A stretch of DNA of 64,000 nucleotides from the NCBI GenBank assembly GCA_965112635.1, contig OZ218778.1, forward strand, positions 2,400,001 to 2,464,000, given 5' to 3'. The DNA is from an uncultured bacterium. Its GTDB lineage: Bacteria; Oederibacteriota; Oederibacteriia; Oederibacteriales; Oederibacteriaceae. The translations under genes and the position numbers were made by a program. Within the stretch, counting starts at the first letter, position 1. Every line of letters begins with the position of its first letter. Positions 60,519 to 64,000 of the stretch are shown here, in pieces. The notes beneath the pieces were generated by a model. That model worked only from the letters and a program-made list of their open reading frames with translations, did not search any database and had not been told where the DNA came from.

Positions 60519-61842
60519 GATATTGGTGGTCGAGGACAAGGAAAGCATGCTCAAAATGCTGCGCCAGCTTCTGGAAGAAGCTGGCCATGAGGTGGAAACG
60601 GCCACCAGCGCCGAGCAGGCCATGGATAAGCTGGAAACCGGCTCTTTCCCCGTGGTCATCACGGACCTGAAATTACCTAAAAAAAGCGGCCTTGACGTCC
60701 TTAGTAGTGCCAAAAAACGCAACCCTCATACCCAGGTCATCCTCCTGAGCGCCTACGGGACCGTGGAGACCGCTGTTGAGGCCATGAAACACGGGGCTTT
60801 TGACTTCCTGTCCAAGCCCTTTGACAACGAGCACCTCCTGCTGTTGGTCCAACGGGCCATGGAGTTTTCCGTCTTGCAGCAGGAAAACATCGCCCTACGC
60901 CAAAGTTTTAAGGAGTCAGCCAGGGTTCCCGAGCTGGTTGGCCAAGCGCCAGTGTTCCTAAAAGCCATCGAGCTGGCCAAAAAAGTAGCACCCAGCGACA
61001 CCACAGTGCTCTTGACCGGCGAGAGCGGCACCGGCAAGGAGCTTTTTGCCAAGCTTATCCACTCCCTGGGCCCCACCGCGGAAGGGCCGTTCGTGGCCGT
61101 ATCCTGCGCTTCCCTGTCCGAGGGTGTCCTGGAAAGCGAGCTCTTTGGTCACGAAAAAGGCTCGTTCACTGGCGCAACCAACCGCCGTCAGGGTCGTTTT
61201 GAGCTGGCCAAAGGAGGGACTCTTTTCCTGGACGAGATCGGTGACGTAAACCCCAATGTCCAGGTCAAGCTGCTCCGGGTCATCCAGGAAAAAAAGTTTG
61301 AGAGGGTCGGAGGCACGGAAACCATCACGGCCCAATTCCGGCTCATCGCCGCGACCAACCACGACCTGCTGGCTTCCAGCCGCGATAAAAAATTCAGGGA
61401 AGACCTGTACTATCGACTGTCGGTTTTTCCCATCCACCTTCCCTTGCTCCGGAACCGCCAGGAAGACATCCCCCTCTTGGCTGAACACTTCTTGAAACTT
61501 TTCCGTTCCCACTCTCCCAAAAAGATCTCTGGATTCAGCAAAGACGCCCAGGCCCTCCTGCAAAAATACCCCTGGCCTGGAAATGTCCGGGAACTGCAAA
61601 ATGTCATTGAGCGGGCCATGATCCTGTGCCCCGGCACGACCCTGACCTCCGCTGACTTTTCTTTCCTGGAATCCCAGCCCGCGTCCCCAGCCAGGCTCAA
61701 AGATCTGGGCAAGAACGCCAAACTAGAGGCGGAAAAAAGCAAAATTCTGGACGTGCTCAGAGAAGTTGGGGGCAATAAATCCAAGGCAGCCAAAAAGCTG
61801 GGCATCAGCTACAAAACCCTTCTCAGCCGGTTAAAACCCTGA
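60511..61842 (+). CDS. Sigma-54-dependent response regulator (NtrC/PilR/AtoC-like)
   Basis: Receiver domain; GESGTGKE, GSFTGA, FLDEIG and WPGNVREL motifs; Fis-type HTH. Confidence 0.95.
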   Translation: MPRILVVEDKESMLKMLRQLLEEAGHEVETATSAEQAMDKLETGSFPVVITDLKLPKKSGLDVLSSAKKRNPHTQVILLSAYGTVETAVEAMKHGAFDFLSKPFDNEHLLLLVQRAMEFSVLQQENIALRQSFKESARVPELVGQAPVFLKAIELAKKVAPSDTTVLLTGESGTGKELFAKLIHSLGPTAEGPFVAVSCASLSEGVLESELFGHEKGSFTGATNRRQGRFELAKGGTLFLDEIGDVNPNVQVKLLRVIQEKKFERVGGTETITAQFRLIAATNHDLLASSRDKKFREDLYYRLSVFPIHLPLLRNRQEDIPLLAEHFLKLFRSHSPKKISGFSKDAQALLQKYPWPGNVRELQNVIERAMILCPGTTLTSADFSFLESQPASPARLKDLGKNAKLEAEKSKILDVLREVGGNKSKAAKKLGISYKTLLSRLKP

Positions 61843-61851
61843 TCAACCTAA

Positions 61852-61890
61852 TGGGGAATTTTTTACCCAAGTTGGATAAAAATGTACCCA
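61852..61890. promoter_or_regulatory. Twin palindromic enhancer (UAS) sites, consensus TGGGTA-N6-TACCCA
   Basis: TGGGGAATTTTTTACCCA (61852-61869) and TGGATAAAAATGTACCCA (61873-61890), 21 bp apart. Confidence 0.65.
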
Positions 61891-61968
61891 AACCTGCCAA
61901 TATCCCTCCGGCCCCAAAAAATTCCTTTTAAAAGAGGCTTGTTTTATTGTGTTCCCGGTAAAGTGGAG

Positions 61969-61985
61969 TGGGCATGAAAAATGCT
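61969..61985 (+). promoter_or_regulatory. Sigma-54 (-24/-12) promoter
   Basis: GGCATGAAAAATGCT = GG-N10-GC, downstream of a sigma-54 activator gene. Confidence 0.75.
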
Positions 61986-62032
61986 ATATACTAAGGTAGA
62001 AGCGGTTCGAAAAACGGAAAAAAGGAACGCTT

Positions 62033-64000
62033 ATGAAACGACCTACCTATTTAAAACAGAAAGCGGGCGGCGAGCTTGGCCAAACCCTGGCTGAACTGCT
62101 GATAGGCATCACGATCTTTATGACCATGGCCGCCATGACCGCGGTGACCCTTCAAAAGGCCCTGGAGGGCAGTCTCCGCGGGAACAAGCGCATCATTGCC
62201 GACGAACTGGCCCACGAACGGGTGGAAGAATGGAAAGCCATTCCTTTTGACTCCATCGAGCCCCAGATGAACCTGCTGATATTCAACCCGCAATTCAGCT
62301 CCCTGACCGGCCTCATCACCAGCGTTACCATCACTCCGCTGGTGGTCAATGGACAGGATAATTTGAGGGAGTATTTTGGGAGCGGCTGGCTATCCTCGCC
62401 CACCCCGGTCCCTCCCTATGCCATGAGCGTCACCTACACCGCCACTTACCCGTCCATGCCCCTTTCGTGCCCGGCTGGTTATGCCGCGGCCAGCAACTTC
62501 CCCTCGCCTGCCCTGACCCCGGGCAGCAAGATCAACTACTGGTACAGCGGCCCCACAGCGACGGCCGGAACGCCGGGGACCATCTCTCTCACCGTCACGG
62601 GCCCTCCCGGCGGCTTTGAAGGGCTTCTTCAGGTCTACATGTTTGACGTGGAACGATACGACCGCCAGCAGGACCTTTACATCAATGACCTTTTGCAGCA
62701 ATCCTACCTGCCCTGGAACCTCTATTACTATCAGCCCAACACTGGGACCGCGGCCACCTTGCAGGGAGCGCTCTTTACCAAACTGCTTTCCGGCAACGAC
62801 ACGGTCAACGGCTCTTTCAACATCACCATCAAACAGACCGGCACCCCCAACTGGCTGGTCCAGACCATAGACGACGGCACCTATATGGCCAATCAGTGGC
62901 AGGGCACCGATGTTTCTTCGGGAACGGTCACCGTGACCAACGAAGGCCCGTTTACCGACAACAGCATCCAACCCCTCTACTTCGAAAACTTTGAAGGCAA
63001 CAGCTGGGCCTCGACCCAATTTTCAAAAGGAGTTAGCGGCTACATCACCCCAACCGCTATTTATGGGTCCTATTCGCTGGGAGGAGCGACGGGATCATCG
63101 AACAGTTCTTTCTTCCCCACAACCATCACCAGCACGGTGGGCACGGGCACCTGGTTCAATGCCAATACTTATTATTCTATTGACTTCGTCTACGAGTTTT
63201 ACGGCGGCACTTACAACGCCGGCGAAGCTCTATATTTCTACCTCTACAGCCCTACGGGCGGGTCAGCTTCCCGGGTGGGCACGACCGTGCTCAAACCCAA
63301 CACGGACAGCGAATCCCCCAAGCCGTCCATAAAAAACGTCACCCTGACTACTGGGCCCTATGGGGATTACCAGGCGTATTTCCTGTTGGTCACCAAAACA
63401 GCCCAGGTTTTGATAGACGACTTTTCCATCAGGCAGGCCACCTCAGCCAGCATCCAGCCCTCCTCCAATGGGACAGACGACATGATGAACAGAGTGGTCA
63501 TCGGCAAAAAATTAAAGCTGGATTACACGATCACCGGAGGCTACAAATACTGCTATGTTCGCATCGCCGACCCCTATTCCAGTCCTGTTATCATCCCTTA
63601 TGGCACCTTCCTGGAGTATGACATATATATCCCTTATAGTAACAGTGGGGGAACGGATAACGTCCAGTTTACCGGAGGCATAGACCTTTTTGACCTGAGC
63701 GGCGGCGGCAATAACCAGAGCAACGCTTTACGTGACGCCAGTCCTTACCTATGGGACCAGAATCACGTCCCTATCCACCCCTCTACGGACCTGGAAGGAT
63801 ACGCCAAAGGCAAATGGTACCACCGCATTATTCCCTTGACCGACGAATACGGCCCAGGCAATCCCACCCAGGATTTTACCGGCCAGAGTATAAGCTGGCT
63901 GTGCACGGCCGTGGATGGCAGCGTGGCCGGCACCAACGGCGGATACACTTCTTACTTCAAGGACATCAAGCTCACAGACGGCCAGGGAGGCGACATCGTC
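62033..64000 (+). CDS. Giant type IV prepilin-like protein with beta-rich/carbohydrate-binding-like domains (runs off the window; absent from the ORF track)
   Basis: Manual translation MKRPTYLKQKAGGELG|QTLAELLIGITIFMTMAAM...ELAHERVEEWKAIPFDSI; open for 656 codons to the window end. Confidence 0.8.
   Translation, partial: MKRPTYLKQKAGGELGQTLAELLIGITIFMTMAAMTAVTLQKALEGSLRGNKRIIADELAHERVEEWKAIPFDSIEPQMNLLIFNPQFSSLTGLITSVTITPLVVNGQDNLREYFGSGWLSSPTPVPPYAMSVTYTATYPSMPLSCPAGYAAASNFPSPALTPGSKINYWYSGPTATAGTPGTISLTVTGPPGGFEGLLQVYMFDVERYDRQQDLYINDLLQQSYLPWNLYYYQPNTGTAATLQGALFTKLLSGNDTVNGSFNITIKQTGTPNWLVQTIDDGTYMANQWQGTDVSSGTVTVTNEGPFTDNSIQPLYFENFEGNSWASTQFSKGVSGYITPTAIYGSYSLGGATGSSNSSFFPTTITSTVGTGTWFNANTYYSIDFVYEFYGGTYNAGEALYFYLYSPTGGSASRVGTTVLKPNTDSESPKPSIKNVTLTTGPYGDYQAYFLLVTKTAQVLIDDFSIRQATSASIQPSSNGTDDMMNRVVIGKKLKLDYTITGGYKYCYVRIADPYSSPVIIPYGTFLEYDIYIPYSNSGGTDNVQFTGGIDLFDLSGGGNNQSNALRDASPYLWDQNHVPIHPSTDLEGYAKGKWYHRIIPLTDEYGPGNPTQDFTGQSISWLCTAVDGSVAGTNGGYTSYFKDIKLTDGQGGDIV

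Overview
Bacterial chromosomal segment (standard genetic code; TGA is used as a stop) that is mostly housekeeping and carbohydrate-related. It has no CRISPR array, rRNA, transposase, integrase or prophage. It carries five tRNAs (Lys-CTT, Arg-CCG, Arg-TCT, Arg-TCG, His-GTG), gatCAB interrupted by a 904-aa degenerate GH38-like gene, pcrA/uvrD, dus, maf, an NAD kinase, hisJ, gmhA, cspA, a GldAFG-like ABC system, a hicBA toxin-antitoxin pair and an adenylate-cyclase/STAND/TPR protein. A mixed minus-strand operon runs polyol dehydrogenase, ribulokinase, fucose-type isomerase, HCF101-like Mrp, YfhO, DUF3574, LarA. Two apparently real genes are missing from the supplied ORF track: a GIY-YIG nuclease with no canonical start codon, in frame with the stop of a SRAP/YedK gene (23762-24043), and a giant (at least 656 aa) type IV prepilin-like protein that runs off the right end behind a sigma-54 promoter and a twin enhancer. 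Non-coding signals include a candidate ~109-nt three-way-junction RNA with its own predicted promoter, a structured element duplicating the 3' end of tRNA-Arg(TCG), a nested palindromic repeat and a sialidase gene remnant. Protein style (PT-linker plus FlgD/T9SS-like C-terminal domain; SALSIYYGD pilin domains) loosely suggests a diderm candidate-phylum organism near Elusimicrobiota/FCPU426; this is low-confidence inference. All family calls come from motif recognition by eye, not from database searches.
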